The translations under genes were made by a program, and so were the position numbers. Shown piece by piece: positions 34,049 through 44,260 of a stretch of 64,000 bases of DNA. The stretch spans positions 280,004-344,003 of the forward strand of contig OY968788.1 in assembly GCA_963695435.1 (NCBI GenBank), read 5' to 3'. Numbering within the stretch: position 1 is the first letter of the stretch; the number at the start of each line of letters is the position of its first letter. The notes under the pieces were generated by a model. That model was given only the letters and a program-made list of their open reading frames with translations. It made no database searches and was not told where the DNA came from. Source of the stretch: an uncultured bacterium (GTDB lineage Bacteria > Patescibacteriota > Kazan-3B-28).

Positions 34049-34076
34049 AGATGTGTTCAAGCAAGAGCCCGCTGTT

Positions 34077-34302
34077 TTACCGACGAGGTGGTGGACAGCC
34101 TTGTAGTCGCCTTTTTTGATATCCCTCCTGGCTCGGAGAGCGTATGACGGCTGTTGGCTTTTGGTCGTTCACGAAGCGGATCTCGTGACCAACTTTTTTG
34201 GGATCACCCCCTTCATCCACCAGAATGCTTGCTTTTGTCGCTACGGGCTTCTTAGGGATGATCGCCGATAAATCGGCGAGCTACATAGGATTGCTTTCCC
34301 AT
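34077..34302 (-). pseudogene. Frameshifted small orphan gene (possible +1 recoding at CCC-TAA)
   Basis: SD AAGGAGG, 16-codon ORF ending CCC TAA, +1 frame open to 34077, then terminator. Confidence 0.45.
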
Positions 34303-34384
34303 GCACATCCTCCTTGAACAATAAATTAGACCGAGAGTTTCCCCCCGACCCATTTTTATTCTAATTGGTCTATTCTGATTTTGT

Positions 34385-34741
34385 CTAGAATAGATTGCGA
34401 ATGTAAGGATAAAAAATAATCACGCCGATGACTACCGCACCAATGGCGGCGATCAGGGTAATCCCGGCGAGCATATCCTTTGCCATCCGAAATCGCGGTG
34501 AGTAATGTTTGCTAACGCCGTCGAGAATGTTTTCTAACACGCTATTGGCGGCTTCGACGGTTAGTACAAAAAGTATCATTATTACTACCGCTACACGCTC
34601 CAGCGCTCTCAAATGAAACGCGTAGGCCGCCCACAAAGCGAGGGCGGCAATTACTAATTCGATACAAAAGTTAGGTTGAGTGCGAATCAGATCCCTGATC
34701 CCCCGCAGGGCGTTGACTACGCTATGAGCAAATCTTCGCAT
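34385..34741 (-). CDS. Diacylglycerol/undecaprenol kinase family
   Basis: F..ALRGI..QPNF, EAANSVLE..D, AKDMLAG. Confidence 0.9.
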   Translation of the reverse strand: MRRFAHSVVNALRGIRDLIRTQPNFCIELVIAALALWAAYAFHLRALERVAVVIMILFVLTVEAANSVLENILDGVSKHYSPRFRMAKDMLAGITLIAAIGAVVIGVIIFYPYIRNLF

Positions 34742-34751
34742 AACACTTTTA

Positions 34752-35168
34752 CTAACCTCGGCTAATCCGTTCCAGAATTTTATCGTGCTTTTCGAGATAC
34801 TCTAAAATATCCCTGATTTCCTCTTCTGCCCTAAGGTTGGTTTTGTAATCTGAATCAGCTCGCAGTTCGGCGTGGCGGTTCTGTAAGTTTTGCCCGACCA
34901 TAATAAGAGGCATCAACATAATCTGAATCATATTGGAAATAAATAACCACAGCACAAAGGCTGGGTAGGGATCAAATCTGTGGTCAACTGGCCCTAGTGT
35001 ATTCCAGCCGAACCAACCGATAGTCCACGCTACGATCAAAAAGAAAAATCCCATACTCCCAACATGATTTGTAGTCCAAATTGCAATTCTGTCGAGTGTA
35101 CTAAAGCTTTTGCGGTGCAATTGGTTTGGGTTACGGACTGTGACTTCGGGTGATTTGGATTTTGCCAT
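34752..35168 (-). CDS. DUF1003 membrane protein
   Basis: VGSMGFF..FDPYPAF..PLIMVGQN..RA..DY. Confidence 0.88.
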   Translation of the reverse strand: MAKSKSPEVTVRNPNQLHRKSFSTLDRIAIWTTNHVGSMGFFFLIVAWTIGWFGWNTLGPVDHRFDPYPAFVLWLFISNMIQIMLMPLIMVGQNLQNRHAELRADSDYKTNLRAEEEIRDILEYLEKHDKILERISRG

Positions 35169-35227
35169 ATTCAAAAATTAACTTGTCTTTATTATACAGC
35201 TAGTTGATTGGCTCGAAAGCTTACAGT

Positions 35228-35626
35228 TTATTCGGTTGTTTTACCGTCGAATTCTTCAGGTTGAGCGATAGCGTCCGCCTTGGTGTGACGAATTGTTCCG
35301 TCAATGTGTTCAGCCGGAGAATAAAGCGTGTAGAGTTTTAGCGGTTTGTCGGCGGAAGTATTTATTACATTATGTTCGGCACCTGCGGGAACAATTGCGC
35401 CAAAACCGTCTCTTACTTCATGTTCTACGCCATCAATTACAACCTTTCCTTCCCCTTCGTCAAAACGGAAGAACTGATCGATAACAGGATGAACTTCGGA
35501 ACCGATTTCTTCACCCGGCTGAAGTGTCATCAACACCAGTTGCGTGTGATGCCCTGTGTATAACACTCGGCGGAAGTCGCCGTTGGCGATTGTTTCTTGT
35601 TCGAGATTAGTTACAAATCCTTTCAT
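35228..35626 (-). CDS. Cupin-domain protein
   Basis: FRRVLYTG..QLVLM..EIGSEVH..DQFFRF..VPAGAEHNV..LYTLY. Confidence 0.9.
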   Translation of the reverse strand: MKGFVTNLEQETIANGDFRRVLYTGHHTQLVLMTLQPGEEIGSEVHPVIDQFFRFDEGEGKVVIDGVEHEVRDGFGAIVPAGAEHNVINTSADKPLKLYTLYSPAEHIDGTIRHTKADAIAQPEEFDGKTTE

Positions 35627-35660
35627 AAGTTCTCCTTGTTTATCGCTGATTATAATTTTT

Positions 35661-35734
35661 TGTCATTCTGAGTGAAACGAAGAATCTAGACCGAAGGTCG
35701 CTACGCTAGATCCTTCACTTCGTTCAGGATGACA
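35661..35734 (+). repeat. REP-like palindromic element copy 3
   Basis: 73/74 identical to copy at 31709. Confidence 0.92.
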
Positions 35735-35743
35735 AGGGGGGGA

Positions 35744-36088
35744 TTACTCCTTTGTTTTTAAAAATTCGTCTGCTTCTTGTAATGCTCTGACATGGGCGTC
35801 CATCAGATCTATATCGTAATGATCGGCAATTCGGATGGTCATAAAAAGAATGTCTGACAGTTCATCTCCAATTTTTTCTTTAGTAGCGAGGTATTCGCTG
35901 TCTAATTGGCCGCGATCTGCAAAATAGTATTGCTCATAGCTCATTACTAATCTGGAGAGTTCTCCGACTTGTTTCATTAGTTCCATCATGCCGCCTTCCA
36001 CACCCCAAGGCTTGCCTTCAATTTTTTCGAAGCGTTTGATAATTTTTCGAGTCAAATCCAGCATTTCTTCCCAAGTCATTTTTCCCAT
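35744..36088 (-). CDS. MazG-like NTP pyrophosphohydrolase
   Basis: LMKQVGEL..IGDELSDILF..IA..YDIDL. Confidence 0.8.
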   Translation of the reverse strand: MGKMTWEEMLDLTRKIIKRFEKIEGKPWGVEGGMMELMKQVGELSRLVMSYEQYYFADRGQLDSEYLATKEKIGDELSDILFMTIRIADHYDIDLMDAHVRALQEADEFLKTKE

Positions 36089-36687
36089 TACTTTTTCTTT
36101 TTAAGAATATGAATTACGGCTGGGGTGATGGATGCAATAATAATTCCAATAATAATCCAAGAAATGTAGCTTTCGGCGTTGGGAATTACTCTGGTTAGAT
36201 AATAGCCGGAAAGAGTAAGCCCAAATGTCCAGAGCGCTCCACCGACAATATTGTAGAGAACAAATGTTTTGTAATTCATTTCGCCAACTCCTGCAACAAT
36301 TGGAGCGAAAGTGCGAACAACTGGTATGAATCGGGCTAACACGATCGTCATTGGGCCGTATTTGTCATAGAAATCTTTGGCGCGAACCAAATTCTTCTTA
36401 TGAAACAAAAATGAATCTTCTCGTTTGAATAATTTTGGTCCGACTGTTCTACCGAAAGCATAACCAACATGCACCCCGATTATTGCGGCGACAAAGATAG
36501 TAAAAATCAGCCAAGCGATATCAAAATACCCTTGTGAGGCAAGAAGCCCCGCAGTGAATAACAAACTATCGCCGGGGAGAAAGAAGCCGACAAACAATCC
36601 TGATTCGGCAAAAATAACTGCGAATATCCCAAGATACCCGATAGTTTTGATTAGTTGAATCAGATTGTCACCGGTCAGCCAATCCAT
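36088..36687 (-). CDS. DedA/VTT family membrane protein
   Basis: FAESGL..FLPGDSLLF, ARFIPVVRTF. Confidence 0.95.
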   Translation of the reverse strand: MDWLTGDNLIQLIKTIGYLGIFAVIFAESGLFVGFFLPGDSLLFTAGLLASQGYFDIAWLIFTIFVAAIIGVHVGYAFGRTVGPKLFKREDSFLFHKKNLVRAKDFYDKYGPMTIVLARFIPVVRTFAPIVAGVGEMNYKTFVLYNIVGGALWTFGLTLSGYYLTRVIPNAESYISWIIIGIIIASITPAVIHILKKKK

Positions 36688-36705
36688 CGGTATTATTATA
36701 CCTTG

Positions 36706-38280
36706 TTACCAGTCGAGGAGCTTTTTGAATTCCTCTCCAAAAGATTCGGGAGCTTCTGATGCTGATTTTTCTACTACCGGTTTTTCTGCCGTTACAGGCT
36801 TCTCCACTGTTCGCGCTTCTTCTACTACCTCCGTCGGGGCAGAATTTTCTATTGGTCGACGAGAAAATTTTCTCGCTATTGTTTCTTGGGGTCGAGTACC
36901 AATAGTTTTTCCTCGTTCTTGAGAATAAGCTTCTGTCAGGTCTTGTTTCTTAGACTGTTCCAAAATTTGCAAGTAATACTCTAGTGTCCCTGCCAGTTTT
37001 TTGCGTTCGATGTACTTGCTTAGTTTTTTGATGCCCCAGAACTCGATCTGACGAATGCGCTCTCTGGTTATATTGAATCTTTTACCGATTTCCTCTAATG
37101 TTTCAATTCTCCCGTCTCGGTCTCCTAGCCCAAATCGTGACTTCAGTACCTCTACTGATCGGTCGTCTAGCCCACTGTTTTCCAGTATCCCCACAATCTC
37201 CCGCTGAATTTTTGAGACAACGGCGGACTGCTCTGGGTTAGCGGTTCTGCGGTCTGCCTGAAAGTCTCCCAACGTGGAATCATCCCCTTTAGTGATTTTC
37301 TTTTCAAGCGATACAGTTTTTTGTGCGTGTATTAGTGTCTTGTCAATTTCTTCAACGGGTCTGTTTATTTTTTGGGATAATTCTCTCCTGCTCAATTCTC
37401 TACCTGCTTCGTTGGTTGCGTCCTTGATCTCCTTACTCAATTTACTAATTTTTTCCCCCATGTGGACAGGGAGGCGTATGTCTCTTGCCCTGTCGGCAAG
37501 ACCTCGGGATATAGCTTGTCTAATCCACCAAGTTGCATAAGTAGAAAGTTTGAACCCTCGTCGAAAATCAAATTTTTCAACTGCTCTGATTAACCCCATA
37601 TTACCTTCCTGGATTAGATCAAGAAAAGGTAGTCCACGATAAAGATACTTTTTGGCAATGGATACCACCAGTCGAAGATTGCAGTTGATCAATGTCTCTT
37701 TTGCTGATTCATCGCCCTCTTCATATTTTTTAGCAAAATAGACCTCTTCCTCTTTTTCAAGAAGAGGAAATTTGCTCATCTCAATTAGATACGCTTTGAC
37801 ATCGTCTGATTCCACCACTGCCCAGTGGTCTTCTGCGAGTTGCTTATCTTCTGGATCCGTCTCTTCTTCCCATTGGTCTTTCAGGGGTTTTTCGTTACCT
37901 GATTCTATTTTCCCCTGAGGATTCTTGGTGTGCTGCTGGAGGATTTTTCTTTCTACCTTCAAGATCTTCTGCTCTATTGCGGCAGCGAGTCTGTCATCGG
38001 CTAGCCGAGAGGCGTCATCTTCCACACTCGGTTTTTTTGACGCTCCTTCTTGTTTATCTTTTCCATCTTTCCCTAAGCGGTCTAGCCAGCCAAAAACATC
38101 ATCAAGTTCTTCTTGGATGTTTATTGCTTCTCGGGTTTGGGGTTTTTCGATGTTGGCTGCAAAGTTGTTTGAGTCATCGAAGTTTGATTTTGGAAAGAAT
38201 GATGACTCGGTAGTCTCACCCAAATGTGCTTGGGTGCTTGTTGATGCGTCTTTCTTTTCGATTCGAAACAGCTCGTTCAT
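36706..38280 (-). CDS. RpoD-family sigma factor with long charged extensions
   Basis: D.VKAYL.EM (1.2), [46 protein letters not shown]; start at ATG 38280. Confidence 0.92.
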   Translation of the reverse strand: MNELFRIEKKDASTSTQAHLGETTESSFFPKSNFDDSNNFAANIEKPQTREAINIQEELDDVFGWLDRLGKDGKDKQEGASKKPSVEDDASRLADDRLAAAIEQKILKVERKILQQHTKNPQGKIESGNEKPLKDQWEEETDPEDKQLAEDHWAVVESDDVKAYLIEMSKFPLLEKEEEVYFAKKYEEGDESAKETLINCNLRLVVSIAKKYLYRGLPFLDLIQEGNMGLIRAVEKFDFRRGFKLSTYATWWIRQAISRGLADRARDIRLPVHMGEKISKLSKEIKDATNEAGRELSRRELSQKINRPVEEIDKTLIHAQKTVSLEKKITKGDDSTLGDFQADRRTANPEQSAVVSKIQREIVGILENSGLDDRSVEVLKSRFGLGDRDGRIETLEEIGKRFNITRERIRQIEFWGIKKLSKYIERKKLAGTLEYYLQILEQSKKQDLTEAYSQERGKTIGTRPQETIARKFSRRPIENSAPTEVVEEARTVEKPVTAEKPVVEKSASEAPESFGEEFKKLLDW

Positions 38281-38304
38281 ATTTTTGTTGGGTTTGGGAA
38301 GAAT

Positions 38305-38338
38305 TTTGGGCTGTCGGCGGTGTAACCGACAGCCCAAA
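38305..38338 (-). terminator. Terminator-like hairpin
   Basis: TTTGGGCTGTCGG..CCGACAGCCCAAA, 13-bp stem. Confidence 0.7.
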
Positions 38339-38362
38339 TGCGTTTCGTGGGCTGGTGGAGAG

Positions 38363-38848
38363 TTAGCAGTCTGGAAGCAACTCCTCGATTTCCTGCCTCG
38401 CAGAGTCTACCACCGCTTGGATGTCGTCTAAACGAGCAAGGCATGTTTCTTTGACGCCAGAGAGTTGCTTCTTTCGCTCGGCATCCCTTTCGTCGGAAGC
38501 CTTTGCCATGTCGGCGAATGCGCTCCCGGCTTCTTTGGCTTTTTCCTTGGCGTCAGAGAGGTCTCTTTCGGCCTTTTGGATGCCGCTGACGGGGCTTTGT
38601 TTGGGGTTCTGCGCCTTCTTGGGTCGCCCCCTCTTCTTCGGTTGCTCGGGTTGGCGTTTGGGTCGTTCAGAAATCACACCAGCATCTCTCTTGGCTTGGT
38701 AGTAAGCCTGCGCTACCGAACCTTGGGTCGTTTGGATGCCGGCTTCTTTGGCCTTTGCGGTCAACCATTTCGCAGCGCCACGCTCTTTGGAAATTGCCTC
38801 TGACAGGTTAGCGTTGACGAAATCCTTAAGCGTTGTGTTCTTTGGCAT
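38363..38848 (-). CDS. Hypothetical AT-hook / coiled-coil protein
   Basis: PKKRGRPKK; C-terminal heptad-rich helix; SD AAGGGGGTGA. Confidence 0.75.
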   Translation of the reverse strand: MPKNTTLKDFVNANLSEAISKERGAAKWLTAKAKEAGIQTTQGSVAQAYYQAKRDAGVISERPKRQPEQPKKRGRPKKAQNPKQSPVSGIQKAERDLSDAKEKAKEAGSAFADMAKASDERDAERKKQLSGVKETCLARLDDIQAVVDSARQEIEELLPDC

Positions 38849-38945
38849 GTTGTCACCCCCTTATCGTGAGATCAGAATAGTTCAAAGGACATGTTCGCTT
38901 ACACCAACGAACTAGACAGCATATCACAGATTTGAATAGGGCTCA

Positions 38946-40688
38946 TTACCAGCTGCCACCACCGCCGCCGCCGGCTCCTCCACCAGAAAATCCACCTCCA
39001 CCACTAAATCCTCCACTGGAGCTTCTGGGGCTGCTTGATAGTGTAGACGCCATATTGGAAGACAGGGAACTTAGGTGAGTCGCAAAACTATCGATTGAAA
39101 AATTACTTCCGGCTGTTGCGATGTACCAAATGGGAATGTAGTTGGTGTGATATTTTTCTTCGTAAATCTTGGCAAATGCTTTCGCCCAAATATGGGTCAA
39201 GCCAAATACGATTGCGTAAGGCAGATATTTTTCGAATATATTTTCCTTTTCATAAAAACGCATTCGGTAAGTTTCCGCTTGTTTCATATATAGTTGGAAA
39301 CCCTTCAGCTGATACAGTGTTTCTGCACCAAGCGGAGAGCGTTTGGACATTAGAATACCAAAGATAATCAAAATCATTCCCGATGACATTAGCGCGGCAA
39401 GTATTTCCCAATTTGTTAGTGTTATCCCAATTGGCACACTAGCAAACATCAGCGCAGAACCAAGTCCGATGAAAGTAATTTGCCAACCAGCACCATCGCT
39501 ATCGAAAAATGATTTTATCTTTTCATATGCGCTCGTACGGATTCCTGTCATTTCGGTATAGAAAGTATCTTTTTGGTCGGAAAGCTTGATGGAAGTACCA
39601 ACTACAGGATTATTCCCCAACAAGGCTTCTAATAATCTAGTTTCAAATGGTTTTAGTCCTGCAAAATCATCTTTCAGTAAAGTAACCTGCCAATCTTGTC
39701 CCATCAAGAATCCTGTTGATTTTATTTCTTCGATTTTCACAAACCCGCGAACTGCTAAATCGATAATAGTCGCACTTACAAATATCGGTTTGAGATTCCC
39801 GTAGTTCATCAACAATCCCCCTTCCAGTGGGAGCAGATCTTTGGGTGGGTCATATTCAACCACAATAGGGCCTCTGAAGCGCGGATCTTGCCCATGCCGT
39901 CTCCACTCCCGCAAACCGAGCCACAGAGCGTACAGAGGCAATAGAAGCCATAAATAATTACCATACCGTTCCCACCAGCTTGGCTGATAAAGTTTCACTA
40001 ATCCGTTTGGAAATTCCGCCCAAGTGGTGATGCCAATACTTGGCGGTAAATCATTTGCTGTTACCTGAAAACTTTTGCCATCCTCGCTCCATTTGAATTT
40101 GGCAAACTCGTTTGCGGTAATTCCAAATTCTCCCGCATATAACTGAATTTGAGTGTTAGCTTGATTGATCCCATCGGGCAGATGGACTGTCCCCGTAAAA
40201 TTATTAGTCGGGAGCTCCCAAAAGTTTCCGTTGAGATTTAGGTACAGTGCATCCCCGTTGTCTGACGGAACAACAACATTTTTGATGATATAGGAAATCT
40301 GATAAATATTTATTCCTGTAATAGTGGTGTTGGCATCGCCGATTTTCCAAGTGATGTTGTGATTGAATCGGTCGGTAATTGTTTCGAAGTTGTATGGTTT
40401 GCCTGTTCCGTTGGTAATAGAAATTAGTTTTATTGGGGTATAGGGCCAAACTTGAGTGGGACGATATAGTTTGGTCGGTAGTATGCGAAAGATGCCGTAC
40501 TTGTCTGGCAAAGTTCCGCAATCTACTCGCAGAGTTTCGTTTATTTTGGCGGATGAATCGGCGTTGAGTTGGATTTGTGTATCGTAATTGGCTATTACAC
40601 AATCCGTATCAGGAGTGAACGCAAAAGCAGGGGTTGAGAAACCCAGTGAAACAAACAACGCAAGAAAAGAAAGAATTAGATTACGCAA
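38946..40688 (-). CDS. DUF2207 membrane protein
   Basis: Signal peptide, GIFR, YxPP, ATIIDLAVRG, LPYAIVFG, terminal GGGGGGSW. Confidence 0.92.
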   Translation of the reverse strand: MRNLILSFLALFVSLGFSTPAFAFTPDTDCVIANYDTQIQLNADSSAKINETLRVDCGTLPDKYGIFRILPTKLYRPTQVWPYTPIKLISITNGTGKPYNFETITDRFNHNITWKIGDANTTITGINIYQISYIIKNVVVPSDNGDALYLNLNGNFWELPTNNFTGTVHLPDGINQANTQIQLYAGEFGITANEFAKFKWSEDGKSFQVTANDLPPSIGITTWAEFPNGLVKLYQPSWWERYGNYLWLLLPLYALWLGLREWRRHGQDPRFRGPIVVEYDPPKDLLPLEGGLLMNYGNLKPIFVSATIIDLAVRGFVKIEEIKSTGFLMGQDWQVTLLKDDFAGLKPFETRLLEALLGNNPVVGTSIKLSDQKDTFYTEMTGIRTSAYEKIKSFFDSDGAGWQITFIGLGSALMFASVPIGITLTNWEILAALMSSGMILIIFGILMSKRSPLGAETLYQLKGFQLYMKQAETYRMRFYEKENIFEKYLPYAIVFGLTHIWAKAFAKIYEEKYHTNYIPIWYIATAGSNFSIDSFATHLSSLSSNMASTLSSSPRSSSGGFSGGGGFSGGGAGGGGGGSW

Positions 40689-40689
40689 T

Positions 40690-41196
40690 CTAGTTTAGAA
40701 TAATGTTTACCGTTGAAGGAAGTTTGCTCCGAATACCATTTAGATCCTGAACGGAATATTGGTTGCCGGAAAGATTAAGAGTTTTTAGATTTTGAAGATT
40801 ACCTAATTCGTTAGGCAATCCTGTAAGTTTGTTGTTCGATAAGTCGAGAACTTCAAGATTTGTCAGCTGACCAATCTCCGCTGGTACTCCTGTCATCAAA
40901 TTGTTGCTGGCGTTTAGAACTTTCAGTTTCGTCAGTTGTCTTATTTCCGCCTGAATAGCTCCCGTCAGTTGATTGTTGGAAACATTGAGCTCTTGTAAGT
41001 TTGTTTCGCTAAAAACATAAGAAGGAACGCTTTTTAGTCCCTGATTACTCAAATCAAGAGTCGTGGTGCCAGATACCACTGAATTGTTTTGATTCGTGTT
41101 GTTGCTTGTCAAATTGATGACCCCCGTCATCTGCATTACAAGCACCCCTGCCAAAATAACCAAAATTACGCCTAAAATCCAAGATATGTTTTTCAT
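40690..41196 (-). CDS. Membrane-anchored leucine-rich repeat protein
   Basis: Repeated LxxLxLSxNxL..P.EIG. Confidence 0.92.
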   Translation of the reverse strand: MKNISWILGVILVILAGVLVMQMTGVINLTSNNTNQNNSVVSGTTTLDLSNQGLKSVPSYVFSETNLQELNVSNNQLTGAIQAEIRQLTKLKVLNASNNLMTGVPAEIGQLTNLEVLDLSNNKLTGLPNELGNLQNLKTLNLSGNQYSVQDLNGIRSKLPSTVNIILN

Positions 41197-41249
41197 ACGC
41201 TTATAAGAGGTTAATAATCTATCCCTTCTATGGTATCAGTTCTCATTGC

Positions 41250-42437
41250 CTATTTTGGCTTCTTCTCGAGGATTTGTCTTGCAAGATACTGCTTATTTTT
41301 TAGCTTCTCCGGGAGGAAGCTTTCTTGTGTGTATTTCTCGTATCCTTCGCCGTATTTCAGCTCTTTCATCAGCTTTGTCGGTGCGTTTCTGACTTTCAAG
41401 GGAATCGGCAGATTACCGTATGTTTTCACATCTTCCATCGCCCCCAAATACGCGTTATAAGAATCTCTGTTCTTTGTACACTTGCATAGATACACCACCC
41501 CGTGTGCTAAATTGATTGCGCATTCGGGATAACCGATTGTTTCTACCGCTCGAAAAACTTCGTTGGCAACTACTAGAGCAGTTGGTTGGGCTATTCCGAT
41601 ATCTTCCGAAGCAAAAATTACCATTCGGCGGGCAATAAACTTTGGATCTTCTCCCGCATCCACCATTCGCGCCAAATAATATAACGCCGCGTCTGGTTGG
41701 GACGCTCGCATACTTTTTATGAAGGCGCTAATTGTGTTGTAATGTTCATCTCCTTGTTTATCAAAACGCAGAAACTTACTCTGCAAAGTGTTTTTCAAAT
41801 TATCGATTGTAATTTCGCCGTACAGACTTTGAGCATTTTCCAACATTGTAATCGCCTGTCTGGCGTCACCATTTGCCATACTAATTAGCCAATCTCTTGC
41901 TTCTTTATCTAGTTTTATCCCTGTTTGCTCAATAATTTTTGCCATTTCTGTTTCTGACAACTCATTCAAGATAAACACCCGACAGCGTGAAAGAAGCGCT
42001 GGAATTACTTCGAAGCTTGGATTCTCTGTTGTTGCACCGATTAGTGTTAGTTCACCTCGTTCGACATACGGCAAAAGAAAATCTTGTTGTGCTTTGTTGA
42101 ACCGATGAATTTCATCCAAAAACAAAACCTTTGGTTTTTGTTCCGTGGCTTCTCCTACCATTTGCTGATTTGCAGATTTTTTATTTGCTATTATCTTCCT
42201 AATATCATCCTTCCCTGCCGATACTGCCGAAAGTTCAGTCAAATCCGCATTCAAGGCGTTGGCGTAAATCTTTGCCAGAGTCGTTTTGCCGACCCCCGGA
42301 GGGCCCCACAAAATAAACGAGAACAGGTGCTTCTGCTCGATTGCAATCCGGAGGGGCTTACCTTCCCCAACCAAATGCTCCTGCCCGACAAAATCAGACA
42401 AGGAAAGAGGCCTAATTCGAGAGGCAAGAGGTTCCAT
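41250..42437 (-). CDS. rarA: Replication-associated recombination protein A
   Basis: [36 protein letters not shown]. Confidence 0.96.
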   Translation of the reverse strand: MEPLASRIRPLSLSDFVGQEHLVGEGKPLRIAIEQKHLFSFILWGPPGVGKTTLAKIYANALNADLTELSAVSAGKDDIRKIIANKKSANQQMVGEATEQKPKVLFLDEIHRFNKAQQDFLLPYVERGELTLIGATTENPSFEVIPALLSRCRVFILNELSETEMAKIIEQTGIKLDKEARDWLISMANGDARQAITMLENAQSLYGEITIDNLKNTLQSKFLRFDKQGDEHYNTISAFIKSMRASQPDAALYYLARMVDAGEDPKFIARRMVIFASEDIGIAQPTALVVANEVFRAVETIGYPECAINLAHGVVYLCKCTKNRDSYNAYLGAMEDVKTYGNLPIPLKVRNAPTKLMKELKYGEGYEKYTQESFLPEKLKNKQYLARQILEKKPK

Positions 42438-42448
42438 ACCCCTTTATT

Positions 42449-42463
42449 ATATTCTAGTTGGCT
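42449..42463. repeat. 15-bp direct repeat (second copy 43015-43029 overlaps tRNA-Gln 3' end)
   Basis: ATATTCTAGTTGGCT at both sites. Confidence 0.8.
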
Positions 42464-42474
42464 TTTGAGAGGGG

Positions 42475-42870
42475 TTAGGCAATCAGACCGTCAGATACGA
42501 GTTTGGATTCAACACCCTCGTCGTTCATAAAATAAACCACCTTCGGCAATTCGCTGGCATCAAAAAACTTATAACCGCTTATCTCTTGACTTGGAGTTGG
42601 TTCGCCGATCATGGTAGCTAAATAATAATGACTCGTTTGTAATTTATTATTGGCTGGGTTCACATATTCTATCTGCGTATAGAATTTCAAATCGGCAAGT
42701 TCGACTCCCAGCTCTTCCCTCACCTCGCGTCTAAGTGTTTGTTCGTGATCTTCGCCTTCATCAACTTTGCCACCCGGACTCCAATAATACTTAGCTTCAT
42801 AGCCAGTTACTAAAAGTAATTTCTTGTCTCGGATTATTAGAGCTGCCACTCTATCACGATTCCTGTCCAT
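42475..42870 (-). CDS. NUDIX hydrolase
   Basis: PGGKVDEGE..TLRREVREELG; start moved to ATG 42870. Confidence 0.92.
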   Translation of the reverse strand: MDRNRDRVAALIIRDKKLLLVTGYEAKYYWSPGGKVDEGEDHEQTLRREVREELGVELADLKFYTQIEYVNPANNKLQTSHYYLATMIGEPTPSQEISGYKFFDASELPKVVYFMNDEGVESKLVSDGLIA

Positions 42871-42872
42871 TT

Positions 42873-43016
42873 TTACGCTCTCTTTCGTGGGATAAAGTAG
42901 ATAAACCAAATAAACCAGAGGAGCCAGAGTAAATCTCTCCAGTCTTGAGTAAAAATTCCAGGGATGCCCAGCAGTCCAAGAAATCCTAAAAATCCTAGTG
43001 CCCAATTTTTATTCAT
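42873..43016 (-). CDS. 47-aa two-helix membrane peptide (not in ORF track)
   Basis: MNKNWALGFLGFLGLLGIPGIFTQDWRDLLWLLWFIWFIYFIPRKRA; stop 2 nt before NUDIX ATG. Confidence 0.7.
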   Translation of the reverse strand: MNKNWALGFLGFLGLLGIPGIFTQDWRDLLWLLWFIWFIYFIPRKRA

Positions 43017-43024
43017 ATTCTAGT

Positions 43025-43098
43025 TGGCTGGGGCGCATGGATTCGAACCATGGATCATAGGACCAGAACCTATTGCCTTACCACTTGGCTACGCCCCA
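43025..43098 (-). tRNA. tRNA-Gln(CTG)
   Basis: TGGGGCGTAGCCAAGTGGTAAGGC; anticodon arm ATAGG-TTCTGGT-CCTAT; GGTTCGAATCC; CCA. Confidence 0.96.
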
Positions 43099-43126
43099 CT
43101 AACGCCGAGAGTATAGCGAAATCAGG

Positions 43127-44260
43127 TTACTTCAACAAGCTGGAGTAGACGGATTCGGTTTGTTTGACCATTTTGTCGGCGGTGAATTTTTGGAGAGCTT
43201 GCGGATAGTTGCCGACTAGTTTTCTTTGCAGACGCTTGTCGTTGATTAGATTCAAAATGGCAGCCGAAAGTTTTTTGGGTTGGCGAGGTTCCACCAGAAT
43301 GCCGTTGAGATTATTGGTAATAATTTCAGGAATACCACCAACTCGACTGGCAACAATCGGAACTTCCGCGCGCATAGCTTCAAGTAATGTAATTCCGAAC
43401 GCTTCGGAGAGCGAGGGTAAAACAAATAAATTGAAAGTTTTCATTGCCGGCAAAATATTGTCGATTGTTCCCGCAAACACAACTCTATCTTCCACTTTCA
43501 ATTTCTTTACGAGATTAGTCAGGTCGCGTTTTAGAGGACCCGCGCCAATCAAAACTAATTTTGACTTTGGCCATTTGGCAACAATTCTGGAAAATGCGTG
43601 AATTAGTGTCGTTGTATCTTTTGCAGGATTGAACGAACCGACTGTGCCAATTACAATATCCGTTTTTTCTAATCCAAATTTCTGGCGGAATTTTTCAATA
43701 TCCGCTTCAGCGATTTTCGCTCCTTTGGGATTGATGCCATTGTAAATCATCACGATTTTGTCTGGCTTGGCAATTCTTGCCTCAATCATAAATTTCTTGA
43801 CCGCGTTGCTCACAGCAATAACTTTATCCGTCCAGCGATCGAGTGCCCGCATTGCTCGAAGATGCCCCCAGTAAAGAAGCGGGTTTCCTAATCTAAATTC
43901 CTGTGTGTAGGTGTGTTCGGTGTGAACTTTTTTGATGGGAAGATTTTTCGCTGCCATTCTGCCGACAAGTCCCGCTCGTTGTCCGTGGGTGTGAATAATA
44001 TCTGGGTCGTATTTCTTCAATATTTTCGTAACGGCATTGATGGCATTCATATCCGCTCTTCCGCTCATTGGAATTTGGAAGACAGGGAATTTGAGTTTCT
44101 TAATTTCTGCCACCAATGGCCCCGGCGGACAAATTACGCTGACAACAAATTTGTGGCGGTCGATTCCTTCCAGAAGTGTAAGTAAATGGCGAGGCGCACC
44201 AGTCAAAGAACTATCGGCAATAATCTCGAAAATACTTAGTGTCGTCTTGTTCCGCTTCAT
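43127..44260 (-). CDS. Glycosyltransferase family 4
   Basis: DIIHTH, IYNGI, EAFGITLLEAM. Confidence 0.93.
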   Translation of the reverse strand: MKRNKTTLSIFEIIADSSLTGAPRHLLTLLEGIDRHKFVVSVICPPGPLVAEIKKLKFPVFQIPMSGRADMNAINAVTKILKKYDPDIIHTHGQRAGLVGRMAAKNLPIKKVHTEHTYTQEFRLGNPLLYWGHLRAMRALDRWTDKVIAVSNAVKKFMIEARIAKPDKIVMIYNGINPKGAKIAEADIEKFRQKFGLEKTDIVIGTVGSFNPAKDTTTLIHAFSRIVAKWPKSKLVLIGAGPLKRDLTNLVKKLKVEDRVVFAGTIDNILPAMKTFNLFVLPSLSEAFGITLLEAMRAEVPIVASRVGGIPEIITNNLNGILVEPRQPKKLSAAILNLINDKRLQRKLVGNYPQALQKFTADKMVKQTESVYSSLLK

